Assembly: GCA_040285745.1 (NCBI GenBank)
Contig: JAUFOR010000002.1
Span: 434,001 to 498,000 of the forward strand
DNA length: 64,000 nucleotides
DNA from: Barthelona sp. PCE
Lineage: Eukaryota
Direction of reading: 5' to 3'
Part shown: one piece after another, positions 1 through 9,808 of the stretch
How the letters are laid out: each line of letters opens with the position of its first letter
Numbering within the stretch: position 1 is the stretch's first letter
Made by a program: the position numbers and the translations under genes
The notes under the pieces: model-generated
The model's input: the letters and a program-made list of their open reading frames with translations, nothing else
What the model was told of the DNA's origin: nothing
Database searches by the model: none

Positions 1-37
1 TTGTCTGTTCTTCTTCGTTAGGATCGGTTGCAATCAT
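1..37 (-). CDS. Probable 5' end of a gene running off the window (MIATDPNEEEQT...)
   Basis: ATG at 37-35 in the only open minus frame, preceded by TTCAC...CTTTTCAA, a context like other starts in the window; only 12 codons visible. Confidence 0.4.
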   Translation of the reverse strand, partial: MIATDPNEEEQT

Positions 38-426
38 TTGAAAAGGGTGAGATTGTGAATTAACAGTTGAGTTGCAATTTGTTCATGTTCCCGACTTTTT
101 TTGTGATCAAAACAGTTTTATTCGTATGTTATCAGTGATCATCCAGTTAAAATTCATTTTGATGGTTATCCGAGTTATAGTTGCAATTCTGTCTTCTTTT
201 CAATTCCTTGGTTGAGAACATGCATTTGTGTGGGATTAATGGTCAGATAATCGGCACAGTTGACACAATAATATGATAAATGAGCATTTATAGATGCCCG
301 GCTGGCTTTCCTAGACTGTTGGTCTTATTTTTAGGATGAACATTCGGTTCTATTGATTAATGTGAACTAATAAGTCAATAGAAATGAGTAAAACTCTGCT
401 AAGATATTCATTTCGCTTGTCTTCCA

Positions 427-3145
427 ATGTCTACCCCTTTTCATCAGTACTCTCTTCCAAGAACTCCCAGGACTCCGAGAACCCCAAAGGCAGCGTTTCC
501 GAGATCCACACACTCAGAAAGGTCACTCAGAAGATCGTATGAAATGTATTTTACTAACGACACTAATTTTTAGTCAGAAGGATTCAAAGCCACGTTCAAA
601 AAGGGACGGAGGGGGCAAGTACAAGGGCAAGAATGTACAAAGTTCGCTGGGAGTCAGAAAACCGTTGGTTATCAACAAACCAATACTTTCTGAGGAATTC
701 ACACACAAAGCCATCCTCAGAGGAGCTGATTGGCACATGGAAAACGGTCAGTTATATATCTATGGTATTAAGGTTGGTGAAAAACTTCCAAAAGTTGCAT
801 TAAATGCAAGCAAGAAGGGGACACCACCACCACAACTTGAACCACGCACCCGGTTCGAGATCCCACCAATGAAACCTATACCGTATCGTGATATTAAGAG
901 GGCAGTTGTTCCAGAAGCCCAAAAATTGCACACTTTGTTGATGACCCGTCGACCTACTGGTAAATCAATCGAGCTTCCGTACTTTCAGGGCGTTGTTATT
1001 GACTATGAACAGTTCAAGTCTGTTACATATGAAGAAGAAAAGCCAGCTACTGAGGAGGAAACTGTTGAGAAGAAAAAGAAGGTTGAAATATTAAGCTTAG
1101 AAACGAATTCGGGCAATTTCATGGAGATTAGAGGTGAAGAAGCTGTTGATGACTTCTTAAAAGAAGTTTATGATCTTTTCAGTATGTTCGGTCCTGATTA
1201 TGCATTCTTAAAGGATGAAAAAACAGTTATACTTTATTTCTCAGCCGCAGAAAACGCAGGACTCATTGAAATATATAATTATTCGATGGTTGGTGCCACT
1301 ACAATAACGATTCATCCTTCAAATGATTATTCGCCCGATATTATATCACATTGCTCGATTTTGCCGATCGAGAAGGCAGCTGAGTTTGCCCCTACTGTCT
1401 CAAAGCAAGAGACACCACCACCGATCTCCGAAAAGAAACCTACCCCGAAGAAGGAAGTGCCAGAGGAGGAGATGATGCCAGTTGAAGTTGCCACAACACT
1501 CGACTTTAGCACAGATTCAACTCCACCCATTCTACCATCGCTGGACCTTGAGGATAATATGGCGGAGTTCGATGTACCGCAGATGCCATCATCGCAACTG
1601 TCAGTAACTCCACAATATACAGTTCCCGTACCTGAGGACATGGAAATGATGCCAACCGCTGAGATACCGAGATACTTGAACGATTTCAAGCTCAAGTGGC
1701 AGAAGGAGTATACCGTTAAGCAGCCTATCTTTGATGAACCGAAGAAAGCTGTTAATTTCTTTGGCGGAACGTGCCCTCCTGTGGTTTCCACAGAAGAGGT
1801 GTCTATGGACAAATACAGCGGTGTTGAAGAGGCCGTTCCCATCAAATCGATGGGTGATGAGCGCTTCCAGGTTGTATTTGATGTTGATGATACTGCACGT
1901 CATCGTTACTACAAGCAGCGTATTCTGCAGGAGCACAACTACGATATGCACGAGGTTATGGAGACGTCAAACGTCCCTGAGAAGTCGGCACTTGTCCCAA
2001 CACCGTCGCGGAAGAAGAAGCACCATGAGGTTGATACATACACAGGAGGTCGTAAGAAGCGCATCCGCAAGCGCAGAAGAAGACCTCGTAAACCGAATAA
2101 GACTGTTTTTATTAGAACAAATGTGCCCAATAAGCGCGGTAACGATGAATTCATATATGACATGGCGAAACCAAGCGATGAGGAGATCATGATCGCAGAA
2201 TACTTATTGGAGCGCACCACCCTGTCAGAGATCGAGCGGGCGACTGCTCTGAAGAGATACAGTGAGGGAAGTGCACCACAGGCATCGACTGAGTTTGAAC
2301 TCGCGCACATGCTGGGAAGCAAAGGACCAGGTCTGTACATGGCCTTGGATAGTTCTGATGTCAATATAGCGCCACTACTAGCCCGTCCATGGAATCAGAG
2401 ACAGTGTTCAAAAACCATTCCGTTTGAGAGATTGGCGCCAGAGACGAGAAATGGAAATTTTAACATTCAAAATACAAGTTATTCTACTTACCCACATTCT
2501 CATGTTCACTTTGAGAAGTTCTCTAACCTAGACGACGAGGTTAAGGAGGAGGACGACGATATGGTTTTTGCTCGAAAAAAGAATAGTATCAAGCGTTTGA
2601 GTAAGGCAATGCGTCGTTCTGATATTAACCCAAACATTGACGATCATGGTTGCTCAAAGAAACTCTCAGTCGTGCGTTCTTTAGTGCATGCTTGGGGTGT
2701 TGTCAGTGAGGAGCCCATCAGACGCGATGAATTTGTTTGCGAGTATTGTGGCGAAGTGATTCGTCATGTACACGCCAGTCGACGTGAGAAAGATTATCTT
2801 GCGGGTGGCCTGATGAGTTTTTATCTGTTCCGTCTGGATACGGATGTGATTATAGATCCAACTCGAAAGGGAAATATTGCAAGATACATTAACCACAGTT
2901 GTGAGCCTAATTGCACGGCAAAGATCTTTACGCACAATAACAACACAAGGATCGCCATATACGCGCTCAGAGACATTGCTCCAGGTGAAGAATTGTTTTA
3001 CGATTATCATTTACCTTGGGAAGGAGTGAAAAAAGCTATTCCCTGCTTATGTGGTTCGAAGAGTTGTAAGAAGTTTCTTAATATTGCAATGTGTCCCGAA
3101 AATGAGTATCTAGAAGCATTAGAAGTTTATTATCCAGATGAATAA
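427..3145 (+). CDS. SET1-like histone lysine methyltransferase; exons 427-536 and 574-3145
   Basis: C-terminal SET motifs (HAWGV, RYINHSCEPN, ELFYDY) and post-SET CLCGSKSC. Exon 427-536 (MSTPFHQYSLPRTPRTP...) joins in frame after removing intron 537-573; the ORF-track ATG 539 lies inside the intron. Confidence 0.85.
537..573 (+). other. Spliceosomal intron, 37 nt
   Basis: GTATGA...ACTAATTTTTAG; removal restores the frame (TC|T CAG). Confidence 0.8.
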
Positions 3146-3186
3146 AGTTAGTTTGTCTTTTTTAACTCCTTTTCATTAGTCACACA

Positions 3187-3906
3187 ATGAGCAGCAGAGT
3201 TCCAAACAGCAACGCACAGAGGAACAACGGGAATCGACAATCATCTCCTAATAGCAATAGGCAAAAAAGCGAAAGGTTTGGCAAAGAGTCCGAAGAGCCT
3301 TCTAGTCCTATAAAAACCATCAATCCAATCGGAAAATGCGCCAGCATTGGTGATTTCAAGATTCAAAACATCACAACCATCAGGACACGTGCTCAGTTGA
3401 AAAAAGACCAGAAGAAATGTGCTAGATTGCGGAGTGTATCGTTCAGCCCCAGGTCTCCTCGCAAATCCAAGTCACCGAGCGTGTCATCACGTTCAACTAC
3501 CATAAGGAGAAAACCTCCTGTTAATCCCAATGAAGGTATTGTTACAGATTTATTTGGTGCTAAGAAGGAGAGCACATCCCCTACTGCCCGTAGACCGTCA
3601 CAAAAGGATGAATTTGAATTGATAAAGAGCAATCCCCCACAGAGAACTGTTGTAACACCCAGGAAATTTACTCCAGTGAAGCCTACGCTCCCATCGCGCT
3701 CCACCCCGGTTCGAACAAACCCTCTGGCACCACCAATGAGAAAGATGAAGCAGGAAAAAACAGTCGAAAACAAGAGGCGAGCGACAACTACACCTGCAAA
3801 GCTTCAGCGAACGGATCAACGAATTGAAGTGGTTGATGCGTATGACATGGTCAACTACAGCACCCATAAGTTAGCAGCACACCACGTTGGTGACCATACT
3901 TTCTGA
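3187..3906 (+). CDS. Hypothetical Ser/Pro/Arg/Lys-rich, probably disordered protein
   Basis: 239-aa ORF filling the space between neighbours, typical start context, no recognisable domain. Confidence 0.7.
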   Translation: MSSRVPNSNAQRNNGNRQSSPNSNRQKSERFGKESEEPSSPIKTINPIGKCASIGDFKIQNITTIRTRAQLKKDQKKCARLRSVSFSPRSPRKSKSPSVSSRSTTIRRKPPVNPNEGIVTDLFGAKKESTSPTARRPSQKDEFELIKSNPPQRTVVTPRKFTPVKPTLPSRSTPVRTNPLAPPMRKMKQEKTVENKRRATTTPAKLQRTDQRIEVVDAYDMVNYSTHKLAAHHVGDHTF

Positions 3907-4506
3907 TTACGTTTGCGTAATAATTTTGTTCATGTATCGATCATTAGCTGTTCCATACTGCGTCTGATCGTTTTTAAAGGCGTATCGCACTGTTACAATG
4001 GTGTTGTTAATATATCCATTATTTAACTCGTCAATGACAGCATCAGCATCTACAAATGTTTTCATAATCACTAAAGCACTTTTTCCTTCGGTTTCTTGCT
4101 CTGATTCTTCGAATTCAATGTCTAGGACATCCCCAAAGTTACCACATAACTGTAATAGATAGGGAATAGTCGTTTCATTGGTTAAGTTGCTGATAACTAT
4201 TTTTGCACCGAATTCAACAGTCTTTTTCTTATTCCCACTAAGCCTGCTGACACGCACCCGTTTGCCAAATAAATGTACACCGTTCATAACGTTGGTTGCA
4301 TATTCTGCCTCCTCTTCAGATGCGAATTGCACAAATGCTATGTTCTTTTGCTCGTTCGTGAGATGGTTTTTAACCACATTACAACGTTCAACATGCCCAA
4401 CTTGCAAAAAAAGCTCATGCAGTAGTGCTTCCGTGACTTTCTCACCGTCAAACCCAAAAACGCGCACGCTGTGGTCCTGCTTCAACGTGTCCTCATAATC
4501 GTTCAT
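3907..4506 (-). CDS. SF3B4: Two-RRM splicing factor SF3B4/Hsh49-like
   Basis: EKVTEALLHELFLQVG, AFVQFASEEEAEYA, GAKIVISNL and TVRYAFK follow the SF3B4 pattern; first ATG at 4506. Confidence 0.8.
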   Translation of the reverse strand: MNDYEDTLKQDHSVRVFGFDGEKVTEALLHELFLQVGHVERCNVVKNHLTNEQKNIAFVQFASEEEAEYATNVMNGVHLFGKRVRVSRLSGNKKKTVEFGAKIVISNLTNETTIPYLLQLCGNFGDVLDIEFEESEQETEGKSALVIMKTFVDADAVIDELNNGYINNTIVTVRYAFKNDQTQYGTANDRYMNKIITQT

Positions 4507-4722
4507 GAGCAAAAATGGAAAGGAAGTATTATAAGCAAAAACACATCATTAAAGCACATTGTACTCAAACTGATATGTTTTTACGGTTTAAGCTTAATAT
4601 TAAAGTTACGAATGTAGACAAAGTTAGCTTTACATATTAAGAATCGAGTTGGTTGATGTAAAACTTTAAAACGTTGTACATTTTTCCCCCTTTTCACATC
4701 ACCCAACCAGCATTAGTCGCAC

Positions 4723-6087
4723 ATGGGCACACCTTCCTTTCTTTTAGAGTCATTTGAGGACAAGAGAGTATATCTTGAAAGAATTAACAGCAATTACTAT
4801 GAATACGTAAATAATTCTAGCAAAAGATCGGAGATCAAGGCGACTCTGACCCCCACACGGTTGCATGCTCTTTTCACAGATCTTGATCACCCAGATTTTT
4901 CAATACGTCATGCCAGTTGTCGTCTACTGGTTGAATATGTCGCTTTGGATAAGCACTTCCAGAAACTATGCTGTCATATCAACGGTTTCCTGAGCACGAA
5001 CTTCTATATTTTTTGTATTCCAAGCCGGTTTTACCAAGCGTTTGAGCAGTTGCATCCAGACAGCGAGGAGGAGGATTTCAGGCAATTCTTGAGCGATATC
5101 ATCGAGTTAGAATCAACCCCCTTTGATCTCACCAGTCCAAACGATCCAAGACTGTTTGTATATCCAAAGCCAAACGATAGTAATGTCATTGACCCTCAGA
5201 TGCATCTTCTTGCTGTCCGCAGGCGCTCAGGTGAACGCAGACGCTACAAGAGGCGTATCCTAGTGACAGAAGAGGAGATACAGGAGATGGAAATTCCTGA
5301 TGAGTATTCTTATACCACTACTGACTCACGTGTTTCATCTCGTCCTGCCTCTGCATTTTCTCGACAGAGAGGACCAGCTGCGTCTGTTATAGGGTATACT
5401 ACCCCCATTGGTGTACAAACATCACCACCTCGACCAAGCACTCATTCAGGCGTGCGGCCATCAAGTGCACTCTTCATGCACACAAGAGATACGATGCTTC
5501 CACCGTCCCCGCTTCTGCAGAAGACAAAAGGCATGCGTACACCGATTCCCAAGAAGAAGAAGCAGAAGAAGTTGCTGTATGGAAGTCACTCTGCAACCTT
5601 TTCAAAAAGTGTTCATTCACAAGCAGAGCAGAACACAAAGAGCTATCTGTTGCACCCTATGTTCCTCGAGCAGAAGTTTTCCAGTCAGAAACTCAAGCGA
5701 TCATTGTTAGGTATGAAAACATTGATGAAGGATAAATCTCGGCAGAAGAAGAAGCCTCAAAAGCGCAGGTCTCCCAAGGCCAAGACACTATCTATGCAGG
5801 ATTCCATGCCGCTGCACAGCCCCCGTGTCCCTAAGACACCACGTGCTAATGACAGTTATTCGAAGAGCACAAGGAGGAAGAGAACAAAGGGAACTGTTAA
5901 CACTGACATTATTTTCAGGTTCCAGAAGAGGCTGTTGGACGACCAGAGTTCATATAACGAGATACAGAAACAGGAGGAGCGTAAGAAGACAAGGGCAAAG
6001 AAGCAAAGGTTTAGAGAAATGAGAAAACCGGCCAATGCGCTCGATTTTAAGAGAAGTTGCGTCCCAACACACAATCTGACGTTGTAA
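4723..6087 (+). CDS. Hypothetical protein with helical N-terminus and basic low-complexity C-terminus
   Basis: 454-aa ORF; no family recognised. Confidence 0.7.
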   Translation: MGTPSFLLESFEDKRVYLERINSNYYEYVNNSSKRSEIKATLTPTRLHALFTDLDHPDFSIRHASCRLLVEYVALDKHFQKLCCHINGFLSTNFYIFCIPSRFYQAFEQLHPDSEEEDFRQFLSDIIELESTPFDLTSPNDPRLFVYPKPNDSNVIDPQMHLLAVRRRSGERRRYKRRILVTEEEIQEMEIPDEYSYTTTDSRVSSRPASAFSRQRGPAASVIGYTTPIGVQTSPPRPSTHSGVRPSSALFMHTRDTMLPPSPLLQKTKGMRTPIPKKKKQKKLLYGSHSATFSKSVHSQAEQNTKSYLLHPMFLEQKFSSQKLKRSLLGMKTLMKDKSRQKKKPQKRRSPKAKTLSMQDSMPLHSPRVPKTPRANDSYSKSTRRKRTKGTVNTDIIFRFQKRLLDDQSSYNEIQKQEERKKTRAKKQRFREMRKPANALDFKRSCVPTHNLTL

Positions 6088-6113
6088 TGAGGTTTATTTA
6101 AAAATAAAGATAA

Positions 6114-6893
6114 TTATTGTAGTTTTTGCTTCAATTTTTTCAACTTTTTCCGTTTGTATTTTGGCATCCTTGATCGCATCTTTGAGTTATACATCGTATT
6201 CTCATAGTGCTCGTTCCTGGAAGCAGCGCTTTCCCATTGCTTGCAGAACTTCAAAAAAATTTGCATAGATGATTTGGCATCCTCAACTGAACAATGTTCT
6301 CCAGTCTGAATTTTCTTATGAAGGTACTTTTCAGTGAGCGCCTTGAGGCTTTGCGGCCTTCCATTCCGTAAAAAAATAGAAAAAGCAGCTGAATCACGTT
6401 GTTGTGCACGAGGGTGACTCATTTTTAATGCTTTAAGATCTGAGGTTAACGAGTGTCCAACAATAACCTTATCCTTCATTATATCGTGGACCTGCTGCTG
6501 TATGTCTCTGTAGGATGGTGCTCCGTCAAGATCACCTGGATGAATTCCACTGACATGTGAACGGTAGTCTTTTATCTCGTCTAGTGGGCTTACAAAGCTG
6601 TCAAATACAACCTGGCACGTGCTGTCGACGATAGACACACGGGCAAGTTCAGATTTACGACCACTTGATCCGGTTCCAACAAACTCACAATCTATTGCAA
6701 TAAACTTTTCGAAGCCAGCTTTGTTCAGTCGTTCTTTGCGCGAAAGGCTGCGCTCAGATGGTGTACGTGCTCGAACTTTCTTTTTTGTTACCCTACGTAG
6801 ACGTTGTGCATTTAACTCATTGGGAGTTAAATGTAATGTGCTACTCTTACGCTGTTTAGCAGCTTGTTTCTTCTTGTGGCGTTCCCAATTCAT
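6114..6893 (-). CDS. REXO4: RNA exonuclease 4-like DEDDh exonuclease
   Basis: IAIDCEFVG, LARVSIVD, IVGHSLTSDL, HCSVEDA; start moved to ATG 6893 (MNW...) because the longer ORF overlaps the CEP164 stop. Confidence 0.85.
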   Translation of the reverse strand: MNWERHKKKQAAKQRKSSTLHLTPNELNAQRLRRVTKKKVRARTPSERSLSRKERLNKAGFEKFIAIDCEFVGTGSSGRKSELARVSIVDSTCQVVFDSFVSPLDEIKDYRSHVSGIHPGDLDGAPSYRDIQQQVHDIMKDKVIVGHSLTSDLKALKMSHPRAQQRDSAAFSIFLRNGRPQSLKALTEKYLHKKIQTGEHCSVEDAKSSMQIFLKFCKQWESAASRNEHYENTMYNSKMRSRMPKYKRKKLKKLKQKLQ

Positions 6894-6960
6894 AAAAATC
6901 CCATAAAAAAGTAAAGAAAAGGAGTGAATAACGAAAGGCAATTTACTAATGGTACGACAG

Positions 6961-9705
6961 CTATAATCTCTTTGCATCCCTGCTCAGTTGCCTTAGTATG
7001 TATGCGTGGTGTGACAGTGATGCTGCAGTCTTTCCTCGATCGAGAGCCCATGAGCATAAGTTGCGCTGAAAGACATTATCGTAGCTGGATACATTTTTGG
7101 GTAGATTGAGCATATATGAGTTTTGGTCGGTAGCAATGGGCTGTGTATCGTACGCAGAAGGTCTTTTAGTAGAATTATGCAAGTAATTTTTAATTACATC
7201 ATTATTACTCACCATTTCATTAATGTACTTATTTTTCTTTGCCTTTCTGGGTTGTCCAAGATCAATAGAAACTACCTCATCGATATCTGGAAAGAATAGA
7301 CCGTTCTGTGCATCAAATGGAGTAATAGTATCGTCTACTTCATCATTATCAAAGTCGAGTTGTGGGAACCGCTGCTCAAGGAACTCTGCGATGTTTGTGA
7401 GATTACTTTCACGATCAGTCAACCATGTCTTGTTAAAATTATGAATATCACACTGTTCATTATATTCATGCGTTCTTTTTGTTATTTCGTTCTTCAGGCC
7501 AATCAGGTATGAGCTCTGTGACTCATCCATAGTGGCACGCATTTGTCTCAGCTTCTTACGATAGATCTCTCTAGCCTTATTCAGCTCATCCCTCTCACGA
7601 CGAAGTAATCTTGAGTTCTGCTTCAAAAAGGCACGTGCATCCCTTATGCGCTGTGATTCGGCCTTGAGATCACTGCGGAGAATATCAGGCACTTCATTAT
7701 CAACACCGCTTGTACTTCTAACTTTCTCTTTCATCTGTCTTGCGATATTAGTGATTTTCTCATCAGCATCTATGTTTATGCGTGCCTCTGTTGTTACATT
7801 TGAGCGACGGGGGTTTATAGGACTGACAAATTGTTCTTCATCGCTATGTTCTGTTAGCATGGGTCTGTTCTTGGGCTCATCTACAACTTCAATACCTTTC
7901 TCCTCATTATGCTTTATAGTACTGTTAAGGAGGTTATCAACGTTGTGCATAAGAGACATCTGGTCCACTTTACCACGCAGTTTCTGCTGTTTTTCGTGTA
8001 AGTTTGCGTTTTCACCCTTCAATTCAAGAACAAGTGTGCTAAACCTTTGATTTTCGTCATTTAGCATTGTATGGCGTGTCTCTAGGGCATCTATGTCATT
8101 TTGAAGCCGTACAACTGTTCTTTCCAAAGCTTCTGTCTTTGATTGATATTTAAATGCTTTTTCCTTTTCCTCTTTCACCTCTTTCGTTAATTTGCTATTG
8201 TTTTCGTCAGAAGATTCCACCTCCTTCACAAAATTAGAAATCTTTTTCTCGTACATCTGTCTAATCGCACTGAGTTCTTCCTCATGACTCTGCTTTAGGT
8301 TGGCGACTTGCTTTGAATGTGCATCCTTGATCATATCCATCTCATTCTCAATATCGTTCACGCTGCTGTTTTTCTTTTGTATCTTCACATTAGCCTCATA
8401 CACTTCTTCTTCAAGACTCTTGATGGTGAACTCCTTACGCTTTATGGTATTCTTCATGACCTCAATCTCCTCTTCGTTTGACCGCAATTCCGCCTTCTTC
8501 TCCTTTAAGGAGGTTTCGTAGTTGCTAATGTCCTCGTTGAGGGCAGTTACAGTCTGGTTAAGCCCAAACAATTGACTCTTTTGAGAATCATTGAAAGCTT
8601 GGAGTTCTTCTAAACGTGTACTTAACGTCCTGTTCTTCTCCTGGAACTTGTTGCGCTCATCCTTGAGCATGTTCAGTTCATCGTTCGTATCTGAAATTGC
8701 ATTACTCTGCCTACTTTTGAGGATTTCCATTTCCCTTTTCAATTCTCTGATTTCCATCGTTTTCTGTTGAACAATACCCACAGTCGAGTCCAATTCGCGT
8801 TGTAGAGCATCGATTTCATGGTTTAAATCCTTAATTTGGCGGTTCTTTCTTCTTAACTCTTGCTCCTTCTCATGGGTTACCTGCTTCTGCTTCTGAGCTT
8901 GCTTCTGGCTTTGGCTGGATTCAACACTGCCAGCATCCACAGAATGGTCGCTGTACGCACCCAATCTGGACATATTGCGCTCTCTTTCCCTAATATCAGA
9001 AGCTCTCATTATACTATCTTCCTCGCTTGATCGCCTCTGCATGAACTCAGAGCTCTTTATGCTCTCCTGTGACAGAGATCGCTCCATCTGTAGTTTTTTC
9101 CTCGCGGATGTGGCGATTGGAGGTGTTTCTTGTCGTAACTTAATGGATTTCTGTGAAAGTGGTACAATTGGTGAGTTAGGGTTGCTCTTTGATGGGGAAT
9201 CCAGCGGTTTTAGGAGGCCGATGACTCCTTGGTGAGAAGAAATACTTTCAACTCCATCAGAATAGTCGTCGTTGTCATCATTAATAGCAAGCTTCATAGG
9301 TTTCAATGACTGAAGTGATGACTGGCTTGTGGCGTCGTCGTCATCGTGCAAGAATGAAAGTGCAGCAAGTTCTTTACGTTGAGCATCTCGTGATGGACCC
9401 AGATCACGTCTATTCTGCTGTTTTCTTACTTTTTCATCTTTCAATTTCTGTCGTTCTTGGGCAACTAAGTTGCGGAAATGCTCATCTAAAGGATGTTCCC
9501 ATTGCGATTTTCCCGTTTTCGTATTATGGAAAAATATTTCTTGCGTTTCTGGATTCGTTTGTTGAACGTATGGCTCCGGAACTGGAGCTGAAAGGCCCTC
9601 TCGAGCGATCCATAAGAGATCGCGTTCCTTGACCGTGTGTATACCCAGATAATCTGCGTAAGCCATCAATTCATCCATATCGACATCGGAATCTACAACA
9701 TTCAT
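6961..9705 (-). CDS. CEP164: CEP164-like basal-body distal appendage protein (WW domain + coiled coil)
   Basis: YADYLGI...LLWIAREGLSAPVP followed by a WW-like domain (IFFHNTKTGKSQWEHP), then long coiled coil. Confidence 0.75.
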   Translation of the reverse strand: MNVVDSDVDMDELMAYADYLGIHTVKERDLLWIAREGLSAPVPEPYVQQTNPETQEIFFHNTKTGKSQWEHPLDEHFRNLVAQERQKLKDEKVRKQQNRRDLGPSRDAQRKELAALSFLHDDDDATSQSSLQSLKPMKLAINDDNDDYSDGVESISSHQGVIGLLKPLDSPSKSNPNSPIVPLSQKSIKLRQETPPIATSARKKLQMERSLSQESIKSSEFMQRRSSEEDSIMRASDIRERERNMSRLGAYSDHSVDAGSVESSQSQKQAQKQKQVTHEKEQELRRKNRQIKDLNHEIDALQRELDSTVGIVQQKTMEIRELKREMEILKSRQSNAISDTNDELNMLKDERNKFQEKNRTLSTRLEELQAFNDSQKSQLFGLNQTVTALNEDISNYETSLKEKKAELRSNEEEIEVMKNTIKRKEFTIKSLEEEVYEANVKIQKKNSSVNDIENEMDMIKDAHSKQVANLKQSHEEELSAIRQMYEKKISNFVKEVESSDENNSKLTKEVKEEKEKAFKYQSKTEALERTVVRLQNDIDALETRHTMLNDENQRFSTLVLELKGENANLHEKQQKLRGKVDQMSLMHNVDNLLNSTIKHNEEKGIEVVDEPKNRPMLTEHSDEEQFVSPINPRRSNVTTEARINIDADEKITNIARQMKEKVRSTSGVDNEVPDILRSDLKAESQRIRDARAFLKQNSRLLRRERDELNKAREIYRKKLRQMRATMDESQSSYLIGLKNEITKRTHEYNEQCDIHNFNKTWLTDRESNLTNIAEFLEQRFPQLDFDNDEVDDTITPFDAQNGLFFPDIDEVVSIDLGQPRKAKKNKYINEMVSNNDVIKNYLHNSTKRPSAYDTQPIATDQNSYMLNLPKNVSSYDNVFQRNLCSWALDRGKTAASLSHHAYILRQLSRDAKRL

Positions 9706-9808
9706 GTATTAATAACCGCTTTAAGAGTAGCGCACTGCAAAAGTGATGTGTTAGGGGATATTATTGTAAAACGAAATTTCTACCTTATCAACTTTATAGT
9801 TCATTGTT

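Noticed and set aside
176-313. Minus-strand GGAAAGCC and ACAGAA motifs recalling RNase P/MRP conserved regions
   Set aside because: The two segments cannot form the P4 pairing, and G-U pairing favours the + strand.
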